From NCBI GenBank assembly GCA_035635475.1, contig DASQAZ010000134.1, positions 1,249-65,248 on the forward strand: a DNA stretch of 64,000 nucleotides. The letters run 5' to 3'. Source of the DNA: Bacteroidota bacterium (lineage in GTDB: Bacteria > Bacteroidota > Ignavibacteria > UBA10030 > SZUA-254). The position numbers and the translations under genes are program-made. Below, in pieces: positions 46,464 through 54,845 of the stretch. The notes beneath the pieces were generated by a model. The model saw only the letters and a list, made by a program, of their open reading frames with translations. It did no database searches and had not been told where the DNA came from. Each line of letters opens with the position of its first letter. Within the stretch, counting starts at the first letter, position 1.

Positions 46464-47972
46464 ATGTCGATGCTCAAACAACTGCTCCGGAGGAAAGACC
46501 TCGACGCGATTCTCCGCGAGAGCGAAGTCCCCCAGCACCAGCTCAAACGCGCGCTCGGCGCCTTCGACGTCGTTATGCTCGGCATCGGGGCCATCATCGG
46601 GGCGGGCATCTTCGCAACGATCGGCACTGCCGCGGCAGGTGACGCCTCGCGATTGGGCGCAGGCCCCGCGCTTATTCTTTCATTCGTTCTCACCGGCGTC
46701 GCGTGCGGCTTTGCGGCGCTCTGCTACGCGGAGTTCGCGGCCATGGTTCCGATCTCCGGAAGCGCTTATACCTACTCGTATGCCACGATGGGCGAGTTCG
46801 TTGCTTGGATCATCGGCTGGGATCTGATCATCGAGTACGCGGTCGGAAACGTCGCCGTCGCCATAAGCTGGGGAAATTATTTCAAGACCTTTGTCGCGGG
46901 GTTCCATCTCTTCATCCCCGATTGGCTCTCGACCGATTACCGGACTGCAGGAAGAATCCCCGGTCTGCTCGAGAATGCCCCCCACATTTTTGGCGTCCCG
47001 ATTGTGTTTAATATCCTCGCCTTCGGCATTGTTTCGCTGATCACGATCGTGCTCGTGATCGGAATAAGAGAAAGCGCGAGAATCAATACGCTCATGGTCC
47101 TTCTGAAGCTGGCCGTTCTAGGGTTTTTTGTCTTTGTGGGGTGGAAGTACGTGAAGCCCGAAAACTGGCATCCGTTCGCCCCCAACGGTTGGGGAGGGAT
47201 CCAGGCCGGCGCTGCGGTCGTCTTCTTCGCCTATATCGGGTTCGACGCCGTTTCGACGGTGGCCGAGGAAGTTCGTAATCCCAAGCGCGACCTGCCGAGG
47301 GGGATCATCGGCTCTTTGATCGTGTGCACGGTGATTTATATCGTCGTCGCCGCCGTCTTCACGGGCATTATACCCTATTCCGCCCTCGTCCAGATGCTGG
47401 CGACGAAGCAGGCGGAGCCGCTGACGCTCGCTCTGGAATATGCCAACATCGAAAAGTATGCAGGCCTGTTTGTTGGGATTGTTGCATTCGGCTCGGTCGT
47501 CGCGCATACTGCAGTGCTGCTTGTCTTCCAGCTCGGGCAGCCGAGAATTTTCTTCTCGATGGCCAGGGACGGCCTGCTGCCAGCGGGGTTCGCGAAGGTG
47601 CACCCGAAGTTCCGCACGCCTTATGTCACGACGATTCTGACGGGTGTGGCCGTGGGGGTTTGTTCAATGTTCGTCAGCATCGACGAGATGGTCGATCTGA
47701 CAAATATCGGGACGCTTTTTGCGTTTGCGCTCGTCTGCACGGGAATTCTCATTCTGCGGAAACGCGACCCGAATCGCCCGAGAGGTTTCAGAACACCATG
47801 GGTTCCTGTCGTTCCCATGCTCGGAATCGGTTCGTGCCTTTACCTGATGCTGGGACTGCCCGCGGTGACGTGGGTCCGGTTCGGCGGGTGGTTAATAGTG
47901 GGAATGGTGATCTATTTCCTCTACGGCTTCAAGAAGAGCGGATTACTGCGGGATCAGGTTTCGCCTAAATAA
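46464..47972 (+). CDS. APC-superfamily amino acid permease
   Basis: About 12 predicted TM helices, N-terminal G(A/I)G(A/I)IIGAGIF signature, 502 aa. Confidence 0.9.
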   Translation: MSMLKQLLRRKDLDAILRESEVPQHQLKRALGAFDVVMLGIGAIIGAGIFATIGTAAAGDASRLGAGPALILSFVLTGVACGFAALCYAEFAAMVPISGSAYTYSYATMGEFVAWIIGWDLIIEYAVGNVAVAISWGNYFKTFVAGFHLFIPDWLSTDYRTAGRIPGLLENAPHIFGVPIVFNILAFGIVSLITIVLVIGIRESARINTLMVLLKLAVLGFFVFVGWKYVKPENWHPFAPNGWGGIQAGAAVVFFAYIGFDAVSTVAEEVRNPKRDLPRGIIGSLIVCTVIYIVVAAVFTGIIPYSALVQMLATKQAEPLTLALEYANIEKYAGLFVGIVAFGSVVAHTAVLLVFQLGQPRIFFSMARDGLLPAGFAKVHPKFRTPYVTTILTGVAVGVCSMFVSIDEMVDLTNIGTLFAFALVCTGILILRKRDPNRPRGFRTPWVPVVPMLGIGSCLYLMLGLPAVTWVRFGGWLIVGMVIYFLYGFKKSGLLRDQVSPK

Positions 47973-48670
47973 GCCTTCCGAACCCCCTCGTTCTTCGCGA
48001 TCTCCGACGCCTTCCCCTCGATCATCAGCTCGCCGGTTTCGATGACATAGGCGTAGTGGGCGATCTGCAGGGCAAGATGTGCATTCTGTTCGACCAGAAG
48101 GATCGTCATCCCGAGCTCCCGGTTGATCTCCTGAATCTTTTCGAAGATTGTCTTTACCAGAATCGGGGCGATGCCCAATGAGGGCTCATCGAGGAGCAGA
48201 AGACGGGGCCGCGTCATTAAGGCCCTCCCGATAGCGAGCATCTGCTGTTCTCCGCCCGAGAGTGTCCCCCCGGGCTGTTTGATTCGTTCCTTGAGGCGGG
48301 GGAAAATCGAAAAGACGAACTCCATGTCATTCTGGATTTCGGCGCGGTTGTTCCGGAGGTAAGCGCCCATTTCAAGATTTTCTTTCACCGTGAGGTTGGC
48401 GAAAATCATTCTTCCCTCCGGAGCCTGACCGACACCGAGGGCGACGATTTCATGCGGGGGGCGATTGGTGAGTTCCACATCCTCGAAGCGGATCGTTCCC
48501 CTGGACGCTTTGACGAGGCCGGAAATCGTCCGCAGGGTCGTGGTTTTGCCCGCTCCATTTGCCCCCAGCATCGTCACGATCTGACCTCGTGCGATTGAGA
48601 GCGAAACTCCCTTGATCGCATGGATTGCACCGTAGCGCACCTCGAGACGTTCGATCGTAAGCATGGTCAT
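47954..48670 (-). CDS. livF: Branched-chain amino acid ABC transporter ATP-binding protein
   Basis: Walker A GANGAGKTT, signature LSGGEQQM, Walker B LLLLDEPS. ATG at 48670 (MTMLTIERLEV) is preferred over the extended ORF. Confidence 0.9.
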   Translation of the reverse strand: MTMLTIERLEVRYGAIHAIKGVSLSIARGQIVTMLGANGAGKTTTLRTISGLVKASRGTIRFEDVELTNRPPHEIVALGVGQAPEGRMIFANLTVKENLEMGAYLRNNRAEIQNDMEFVFSIFPRLKERIKQPGGTLSGGEQQMLAIGRALMTRPRLLLLDEPSLGIAPILVKTIFEKIQEINRELGMTILLVEQNAHLALQIAHYAYVIETGELMIEGKASEIAKNEGVRKAYLGET

Positions 48671-48689
48671 GGGATGGCGGCCCGCGTCG

Positions 48690-49472
48690 TCAGGCGGCCT
48701 GTTCTCCGAGATAAGCCTCGATAACGCTCGGGTTGTTCCTGATCGCTTCGGGAGACCCCTCCGCGATCTTGATGCCGTAATCGAGCACAATGATCCGCTC
48801 GCAGATTCCCATGACAACCTTCATGTCGTGTTCTATCAATAGAATCGCGATATCAAACCTCTCCTTCACCAGCCGGATCAGCCGCATCAGCTCCACCTTT
48901 TCAGTGGCATTCATGCCCGCTGCCGGTTCGTCTAGTAATAGCAGCTGCGGTCTTGTGGCCAGCGCCCGGACAATCTCGGTCCGCCGCTGATCGCCATAAG
49001 GGAGCGACGTCGCCCGTTCGTTCATCACCTGAGTCAGGTTAAAAATTTCCAGAAGTTCAACGATCGACGCCCGGACGGCGCGCTCTTCCTCGTGGAACCT
49101 CGGGAGCTGCAGGGTGGAGTGGCTGAAACCGTGGCGGAGAGTCTTGACAAACGATACTTGGATGTTTTCATAGACGGTGAGGCTCGGGAACAGGCGGATG
49201 TTCTGGAAGGTTCTGCCGATCCCGAGTCCGGCGATCTGATACGGCTTCAGTCCCACGATATTCCGGCCATCGAACAGGACGCTCCCCTTTGTTGGCTGAT
49301 AGACTCCGGTGATCATATTGAATACCGTCGTTTTTCCGGCGCCGTTTGGTCCGATCATTCCGAGCAGATCGTGGCGGCCGATCCCGACTTCGAGAGCGGA
49401 AACGGCGGTGAGCCCCCCAAAATTTATTCCGCACGCCCTCAGCTCGAGGATGTTCCCCGCCGTGGTCTTCAC
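48690..49472 (-). CDS. livG: Branched-chain amino acid ABC transporter ATP-binding protein
   Basis: Walker A GPNGAGKTT, Walker B LLLLDEPAAG, LivG-type C-terminal PSVIEAYLG. Confidence 0.9.
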   Translation of the reverse strand: MKTTAGNILELRACGINFGGLTAVSALEVGIGRHDLLGMIGPNGAGKTTVFNMITGVYQPTKGSVLFDGRNIVGLKPYQIAGLGIGRTFQNIRLFPSLTVYENIQVSFVKTLRHGFSHSTLQLPRFHEEERAVRASIVELLEIFNLTQVMNERATSLPYGDQRRTEIVRALATRPQLLLLDEPAAGMNATEKVELMRLIRLVKERFDIAILLIEHDMKVVMGICERIIVLDYGIKIAEGSPEAIRNNPSVIEAYLGEQAA

Positions 49473-50431
49473 ACCGGCATCGCCTGTTTGCGCAGACGGC
49501 GCAGGAGCGACTTCACGGATAGCTCCCTGCCGAACAGGCCCTGAGGCCGCGTGATCATGATGATCACCAGCGAGAGCGAATAGATGACCATGCGGTATTC
49601 CGCGATCGGGCGCAGCGCTTCCGGGAGGATCGTCAGAAGCGTCGCCGCGATGATGACGCCGGGTGTATTGCCCATCCCGCCGACTATCACCATGACCACG
49701 ATTTCGATCGACCTTATAAAACTAAACTGCTGGGGATTTATATAAGAAACGAAGTGAGCGTAGAGTCCGCCTGCGATCCCGGCGAAAAACGCACCGGTGA
49801 CAAACGCAATCACCTTGTACTTGGTCGTATTGATGCCCATCGCCTGGGCGGCAATCTCGTCGTCCCGAACGGCGAGAAATCCCTTGCCATAGGAAGAGTT
49901 GACGAGGTTTGTGACGACGAAGACAGTAATGGAAACGACGCTGAAGACCCAGAAAAAGTTGGTCAGCTTGGGAATTCCCGTAAATCCTCTTGCGCCTCCG
50001 AGGAATTCAAGATTCTGGATAACGACCCGGATGATCTCGCCGAATCCGAGCGTCGTGATGGCCAGATAGTCACCGCGAAGCCGCAGACTCGGAATTCCGA
50101 CGAGCAGGCCGGCGAGAGCCGCCACGACCCCGCCAAGAATGAGGGCGAGCGGCAAAATGATCAGGCCCGAGCCGGCGCCCGCCGAAGCGCCCAGCGTGGT
50201 CGATACGACAGCCCCGGTGTACCCGCCGAGAGCCATGAACCCGGCGTGCCCCAGCGAGAATTGACCGGCGTAGCCGTTGATGAGATTCAGACTGGTTGCC
50301 AGGATTATGTTGATTCCGATGTAGATGATGATCTGAAGAAAGTACGGGTTGATCTGGGACTGGAACTGCGAGACGATGAAGCTCAGCAGAATGCCGGCCA
50401 ACAGCAGCATCTTGGACGCGTGGTTGCGCAT
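49469..50431 (-). CDS. livM: Branched-chain amino acid ABC transporter permease
   Basis: Polytopic membrane protein with the LivM-type GYAGQFSLGHAGFMALGGY motif; 4-nt overlap with livG. Confidence 0.88.
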   Translation of the reverse strand: MRNHASKMLLLAGILLSFIVSQFQSQINPYFLQIIIYIGINIILATSLNLINGYAGQFSLGHAGFMALGGYTGAVVSTTLGASAGAGSGLIILPLALILGGVVAALAGLLVGIPSLRLRGDYLAITTLGFGEIIRVVIQNLEFLGGARGFTGIPKLTNFFWVFSVVSITVFVVTNLVNSSYGKGFLAVRDDEIAAQAMGINTTKYKVIAFVTGAFFAGIAGGLYAHFVSYINPQQFSFIRSIEIVVMVIVGGMGNTPGVIIAATLLTILPEALRPIAEYRMVIYSLSLVIIMITRPQGLFGRELSVKSLLRRLRKQAMPV

Positions 50432-50433
50432 GG

Positions 50434-51339
50434 CTACACTTTTTCTGCTTCGGCTCGCCCCAGGATTCCCGACGGTTTGAAGAGCAGGATCAGGATGAGA
50501 ATCCCGAACGCGATCGCGTCCCGATACGTCGGGGAAAGATAGCCGGTGACAAACGTCTCGATCAGCCCGATGATAAAGCCGCCGAGGGCGGCGCCGGGAA
50601 TGTTGCCGATTCCGCCGAGGACGGCTGCGATGAACGCCTTGAGGCCGGGGAAAACCCCCATCAGGGGATTAATGCTCGGGTAGAGGCTGCCATAGAGAAT
50701 CCCGGCGGCGGCGGCCAGGCTGGAGCCGAGCACGAACGTAAATGAAATTACGGTATCGATGTTGATTCCCATGAGGCTTGCGGCGGACTGGTTGTAGGAA
50801 ACCGCCCGCATGGCGGTCCCCATCTTGGTCTTCAGGACGATGAAGCGCAGGAGCAGCATCAGGCCCAGGGCCGTACCGATCACGATGACGGGGGTCGAGC
50901 GCAGGACGAGGTTCGGGGTGTTGATCAGCACCGTCGATGGAAGAAGGGTCGGGAATGACTTCGGATCGGGGCCGAAGACCAGCTGTCCGCCGAACTCGAG
51001 GAAGAGCGAGATGCCGATTGCCGTGATCAGGATCGTGAGCTTTGGGCGGGGACGAAGCGGCCGGTAAGCCAGTTTTTCTATCGTCACTCCCAGCGCCGAA
51101 CAGACGAGCATCGAGAGAAGCAGCGTGACCGGCCCGGCAATAAGAAGCGAGCCGCCGACGAGCGGCGTGATGCGCGGAGCGGCATAGTATCCGACGAACG
51201 CGCCGACCATGAACACGTCGCCGTGCGCAAAATTAATAAAGCGCAGGACTCCGTAAACCATGGTGTAGCCGAGAGCGATAAGCGCGTAGATGCTGCCGAG
51301 GGAAATCCCGTTAATGACTTGCTGCAGCAGTTCGCTCAT
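50434..51339 (-). CDS. livH: Branched-chain amino acid ABC transporter permease
   Basis: LivH-type N-terminus (LLQQVINGISLGSIYALIALGYTMVYG, INFAHGD); 301 aa. Confidence 0.9.
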   Translation of the reverse strand: MSELLQQVINGISLGSIYALIALGYTMVYGVLRFINFAHGDVFMVGAFVGYYAAPRITPLVGGSLLIAGPVTLLLSMLVCSALGVTIEKLAYRPLRPRPKLTILITAIGISLFLEFGGQLVFGPDPKSFPTLLPSTVLINTPNLVLRSTPVIVIGTALGLMLLLRFIVLKTKMGTAMRAVSYNQSAASLMGINIDTVISFTFVLGSSLAAAAGILYGSLYPSINPLMGVFPGLKAFIAAVLGGIGNIPGAALGGFIIGLIETFVTGYLSPTYRDAIAFGILILILLFKPSGILGRAEAEKV

Positions 51340-51376
51340 GTGCTCTGATCAGGGTGACCGTCACGGTTGGCGGTCG

Positions 51377-52558
51377 TCAGGGCCGGATGGTCTCTCTCAG
51401 GGTGAGCTTGCCGTCTTTAATGGCGAGAATGACCGCTGATTTGGAGGCGTTGCGGTTGGCGTCGATGGTGATCGTTCCGGTGACGCCGTCGAAGCCCTTC
51501 GTGGCGGCAATCGCATCCCGCAGCTTCGGCCCGTCCGTCGATCCGGCGCGCCGCATCGCGTCCATGAGGATCCTGACGGCGTCATAGCTCAAGGCCGCAA
51601 TCGCGTCCGGAGTCTCGTTGTACTTCTCGTGAAACTTCTTCACGAAGTTCTGAACGACGTCGCGCGGGTCTGTCGTGCTGTAGTGGTTGGCATAGTACGT
51701 CCCTTCCATTGCCGTGCCGCCGATTTCCAGGAGCTTCGCTGAATCCCACCCGTCTCCGCCCATAAACGGCACACTGATGTTGAGCTCACGGCCCTGTTTC
51801 ACGATGAGGGCCGCTTCGTTGTAGTAACCCGGCACCACGATGATCTCCGGATTGGCGGCCTTAATAGCGGTGAGCTGAGCTTTGAAGTCGTTGTCCCCCT
51901 CACTGTACGCCTGCTCCACGACAATTTCCCCTCCCATTTGCCTAAAACTCTGGGCGAAATACTTTCCGAGGCCTACGCTGTATTCGTTTTTCACGTCCTT
52001 CAGGAGGGCGGCACGCTTAAGGTTTAATGTATTGTGGACAAACCGCGCAATCACATCCCCCTGGAAATCGTCCGTGAAACAGACGCGAAAGATGTAGTCG
52101 CCGACTTGAGTGACTTTCGGATTTGTCGAGGAGGGGGTGATCATCGGGACTCCGTTCGACTGACAGATCGGAGCCGCGGCTAAGGTTCGGCCGGATGCGA
52201 CCTCCCCGACGATCGCTTTCACACCGTCCCGCGTGATCAATTTCGTGACCACGGTGGCCGCTTCTTCGGGCTTCGACTGCGTATCCTCGGTGAGGAGCTT
52301 GATCTGTTTCCCGAGAACGCCGCCGGAGCCATTCGTCTCCTCCATGACGAGCGTGGCGCCCTTGTGCGTGGATGTGCCAAACGTCGCGGCGGTGCCGGTG
52401 AGGGACGAATACTCCCCGATCGGTATCGCGCTATCACCTCCGCCTCCACCGCATCCGGCAAGAAGCAATATCCCCCAGATTGCGACCAGAGGATGAGACC
52501 CGAGGCAGGCCCGAACGGCGCTTGAGAATGGGTTGACAGCTGATTTTTGGAGCATCAA
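51377..52558 (-). CDS. Branched-chain amino acid ABC transporter substrate-binding lipoprotein (LivJ/K-like)
   Basis: Lipobox LLAGC followed by a Gly-rich linker; type I periplasmic-binding-protein pattern; first gene of the liv operon. Confidence 0.88.
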   Translation of the reverse strand: MMLQKSAVNPFSSAVRACLGSHPLVAIWGILLLAGCGGGGGDSAIPIGEYSSLTGTAATFGTSTHKGATLVMEETNGSGGVLGKQIKLLTEDTQSKPEEAATVVTKLITRDGVKAIVGEVASGRTLAAAPICQSNGVPMITPSSTNPKVTQVGDYIFRVCFTDDFQGDVIARFVHNTLNLKRAALLKDVKNEYSVGLGKYFAQSFRQMGGEIVVEQAYSEGDNDFKAQLTAIKAANPEIIVVPGYYNEAALIVKQGRELNISVPFMGGDGWDSAKLLEIGGTAMEGTYYANHYSTTDPRDVVQNFVKKFHEKYNETPDAIAALSYDAVRILMDAMRRAGSTDGPKLRDAIAATKGFDGVTGTITIDANRNASKSAVILAIKDGKLTLRETIRP

Positions 52559-52619
52559 AAATCTCCTGAGGAAGTCGAAGGTTTAATTGAAGACGGCCTG
52601 AATAATTCGCAGAGTATAC

Positions 52620-52650
52620 AAAAAAAACCGTTTGAATCAAAAAAACGGGG
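52620..52650 (-). terminator. Putative intrinsic terminator downstream of bshA
   Basis: Minus strand reads CCGTTT-TTTTGATTC-AAACGG followed by eight T residues, 54 nt after the bshA stop. Confidence 0.5.
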
Positions 52651-52703
52651 GCTGGTCCGCAAGGAGGGTGAGCCGGACACCCACCAGCAGAAAGAGGAGG
52701 AAG

Positions 52704-53843
52704 TCAGAACGCAAGAACAGGTTTTTCCGAAAGTACCTGCTGGTAATACTGCTCGTACTGATCGATAATCTTCTCCGCCCGGAATTCATCGACTGCGCGT
52801 TTTCGGCCGGCTGCAGAGAACGACTTATACTTTGTTTCGTTCGTGAGGAGATCGATCGCGTACTTTGCCATCCGCTCGATATCACCGATCTCTGCGATGT
52901 AGCCGGTTTCGCCGTGGAGAATCAGTTCGGGCAGCCCCCCGACGCTCGATGCAATCACCGGCACCTCGCAGGACATCGCCTCGAGGGCGGAAAGCCCGAA
53001 GCTCTCCGACTGGCTCGGGATCAGGAACAGGTCCGAGGCGGAGAGCAGGGGAACCAGTTCGATCTGTTTTCCTAGAAATAAAACGTCTTGGGTGAGATCG
53101 AGCTCCCTCACCAACCCCTCGCACGTTGAGCGATCCGGACCGTCACCGACAAGAAGAAGTTTCGCGGGCACTTTCCGCCGGACCAATTCGAAGATTCGAA
53201 CGACGTCGGGGACCCGTTTCACCGCCCTGAAGTTGGAGACATGAATAAGAATTTTCTCCCCACGCGGGGCGATTCCCTTCCTGATCTTCTCGGCATCGAC
53301 CCGGCGATATTTCCCGGTGTCGACAAAATTCGGAATCACCTGAATGTCCTTGTTGACATGGTAGTTCGTGAGCGTCATTTCCTTGAGGAATCTCGATACT
53401 GCGGTTACCCCGTCGCTCTGTTCGATGCTGAACTTCATGACCGGCAAATAACTTGGCTCCAGGCCGACAAGGGTGATATCCGTTCCATGAAGCGTTGTGA
53501 CGATTTTTGGGCCTGCACTCCCCAGGATTTGTTTGGCCAGGTATGCGCTGATCGCATGCGGTATCGCATAGTGCGCGTGCAGGATGTCCAAATGCTCGAA
53601 TTTGGCGACTTCGACAATCTTGCTGGCGAGCGCCGGTGTGTACAGCGGAAAATCAAAGAGGGGGTATGTGGAGATTTCGACCTCGTGGTAGACGATATTG
53701 CCCACGAACCCGTCGAGCCGGATCGGCATTGCATAGCTGATAAAATGGATCTTGTGGCCCCGCTCCGCCAATGCCTTGCCGAGCTCCGCCGCAACGACCC
53801 CGCTTCCCCCATATGTCGGATAACACGAGATGCCGATATTCAT
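52704..53843 (-). CDS. bshA: N-acetyl-alpha-D-glucosaminyl L-malate synthase (bacillithiol biosynthesis GT4 glycosyltransferase)
   Basis: N-terminus MNIGISCYPTYGGSGVVAAELGKALAERGHKIHFISY closely follows the BshA pattern (Bacillus: [21 protein letters not shown]). GT-B E-x7-E motif ESFGLSALEAMSCEVPVIA. Confidence 0.8.
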   Translation of the reverse strand: MNIGISCYPTYGGSGVVAAELGKALAERGHKIHFISYAMPIRLDGFVGNIVYHEVEISTYPLFDFPLYTPALASKIVEVAKFEHLDILHAHYAIPHAISAYLAKQILGSAGPKIVTTLHGTDITLVGLEPSYLPVMKFSIEQSDGVTAVSRFLKEMTLTNYHVNKDIQVIPNFVDTGKYRRVDAEKIRKGIAPRGEKILIHVSNFRAVKRVPDVVRIFELVRRKVPAKLLLVGDGPDRSTCEGLVRELDLTQDVLFLGKQIELVPLLSASDLFLIPSQSESFGLSALEAMSCEVPVIASSVGGLPELILHGETGYIAEIGDIERMAKYAIDLLTNETKYKSFSAAGRKRAVDEFRAEKIIDQYEQYYQQVLSEKPVLAF

Positions 53844-54004
53844 GATGCCTCAGGGGGAAGTTAACCAGAAATCGGGGCAAATACAATTGTATCTGCGGTA
53901 CCTGGGAGTTTTGCGAACTTCCCGGGCGGTTTTGGTGTTTTGAATGAAAAGGTGAGAGAAATGGCCCAAAAAAGCAATGAAAAAAAATTAATTTGGGAAC
54001 GGGA

Positions 54005-54032
54005 TTGTTTTTCCCGAAAAACTTATTATATT
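54005..54032 (+). promoter_or_regulatory. Putative sigma70-type promoter of the small zinc-ribbon gene
   Basis: TTGTTT (54005-54010), 16-nt spacer, TATATT (54027-54032), in an AT-rich intergenic island. Confidence 0.35.
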
Positions 54033-54100
54033 GTTAAAAGTGGCCTCTCAAATCCTTGGAAATTAACAGTTTTTGAGCATATGAGAAAGGACTCGCGAAC

Positions 54101-54301
54101 GTGAAGCAGAAGGCAAAAGTCATCGGAATTGTGATTACAAGCTGCCCTTGTTGCGGAAATCCGATCAATTTCGATCGTCAGATAACCAAAGTTTGTGCAT
54201 ACTGTGAAGAGGTGGTCCACATCGACCTTGATAAAGTCGAGGTAAGCTTACGTGGACCGTCAACCGCCGAAAACAAGCGGGTGAGAATCAGTATGAACTG
54301 A
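54101..54301 (+). CDS. Small zinc-ribbon protein (hypothetical, 66 aa)
   Basis: GTG start preceded by AAAGGA 9 nt upstream; CPCC...CAYC cysteine pairs. Bracketed by a promoter-like element (54005-54032) and a clear intrinsic terminator (54365-54390). Confidence 0.4.
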   Translation: MKQKAKVIGIVITSCPCCGNPINFDRQITKVCAYCEEVVHIDLDKVEVSLRGPSTAENKRVRISMN

Positions 54302-54364
54302 GTTCCCGGCGCGTCCGGGACTTGGTCTTTCGAACCACGAAAGTCAGTTTTCCATAGATACAAA

Positions 54365-54390
54365 GATTCCGTGTAGCGGAATCTTTTTTT
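54365..54390 (+). terminator. Intrinsic terminator
   Basis: GATTCCG-TGTAG-CGGAATC perfect 7-bp stem followed by TTTTTTT (54384-54390). Confidence 0.7.
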
Positions 54391-54391
54391 G

Positions 54392-54419
54392 ACCCGAAAG
54401 TGGACTATAATGGTCGGGT
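54392..54419 (+). promoter_or_regulatory. Inverted repeat overlapping a consensus -10 box upstream of iscR (candidate Rrf2/IscR operator)
   Basis: ACCCGA (54392-54397), 16 nt, TCGGGT (54414-54419), with TATAAT at 54406-54411 inside the spacer; 19 nt upstream of the iscR ATG. Confidence 0.4.
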
Positions 54420-54437
54420 TTAGAGGATCAAGCGACG

Positions 54438-54845
54438 ATGTTTCAGTTATCGAAAAAAGTTGAATACGGCCTAATCGCCATCCGGCACATGGCGGCAGGC
54501 GGTCCCGGGCAGATTCATACTGCCAAGGAAATCGCGGACCGATACCATATCCCGTATGAGCTTCTTGCGAAGGTCATGCAGAAGCTTGCCAAGAAGGGGT
54601 GCATCGTTTCGTATCAGGGAGTTCACGGGGGCTATATTCTTGCCCGCAATCCGGCCGAGCTTAAGGTGGCGGCGATTATCAACGCCATCGAAGGGAAACC
54701 CAACGTGACCATCATCCAGTGCGAGGCCGAGAGCCCCGAAAACTGTATCATCCACGACACGTGCACAATCAAGAACCCCCTTGTGAAGCTGCAGCTCAAC
54801 ATCAACAGAGTCTTCGAGGATCTTTCCATCGGCGAGATGGTGTGA
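54438..54845 (+). CDS. iscR: Rrf2-family transcriptional regulator (IscR-like)
   Basis: Rrf2 N-terminal wHTH (LSKKVEYGLIAIRHMA), three clustered Cys (IIQCEAESPENCIIHDTC) consistent with an Fe-S ligand set; first gene of the Fe-S operon. Confidence 0.88.
   Translation: MFQLSKKVEYGLIAIRHMAAGGPGQIHTAKEIADRYHIPYELLAKVMQKLAKKGCIVSYQGVHGGYILARNPAELKVAAIINAIEGKPNVTIIQCEAESPENCIIHDTCTIKNPLVKLQLNINRVFEDLSIGEMV

Noticed and set aside
47954-47972. 19-nt convergent overlap of the amino acid permease and livF 3' ends (4-nt convergent overlaps also occur at 10066-10069 and 13022-13025)
   Set aside because: These overlaps are real in the sequence but common in compact genomes. Beyond the absence of intergenic terminators there is no evidence of special function.
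52632-53075. 147-aa plus-strand ORF
   Set aside because: It is antisense to the bshA 3' region and crosses the predicted bshA terminator. It has no motifs.
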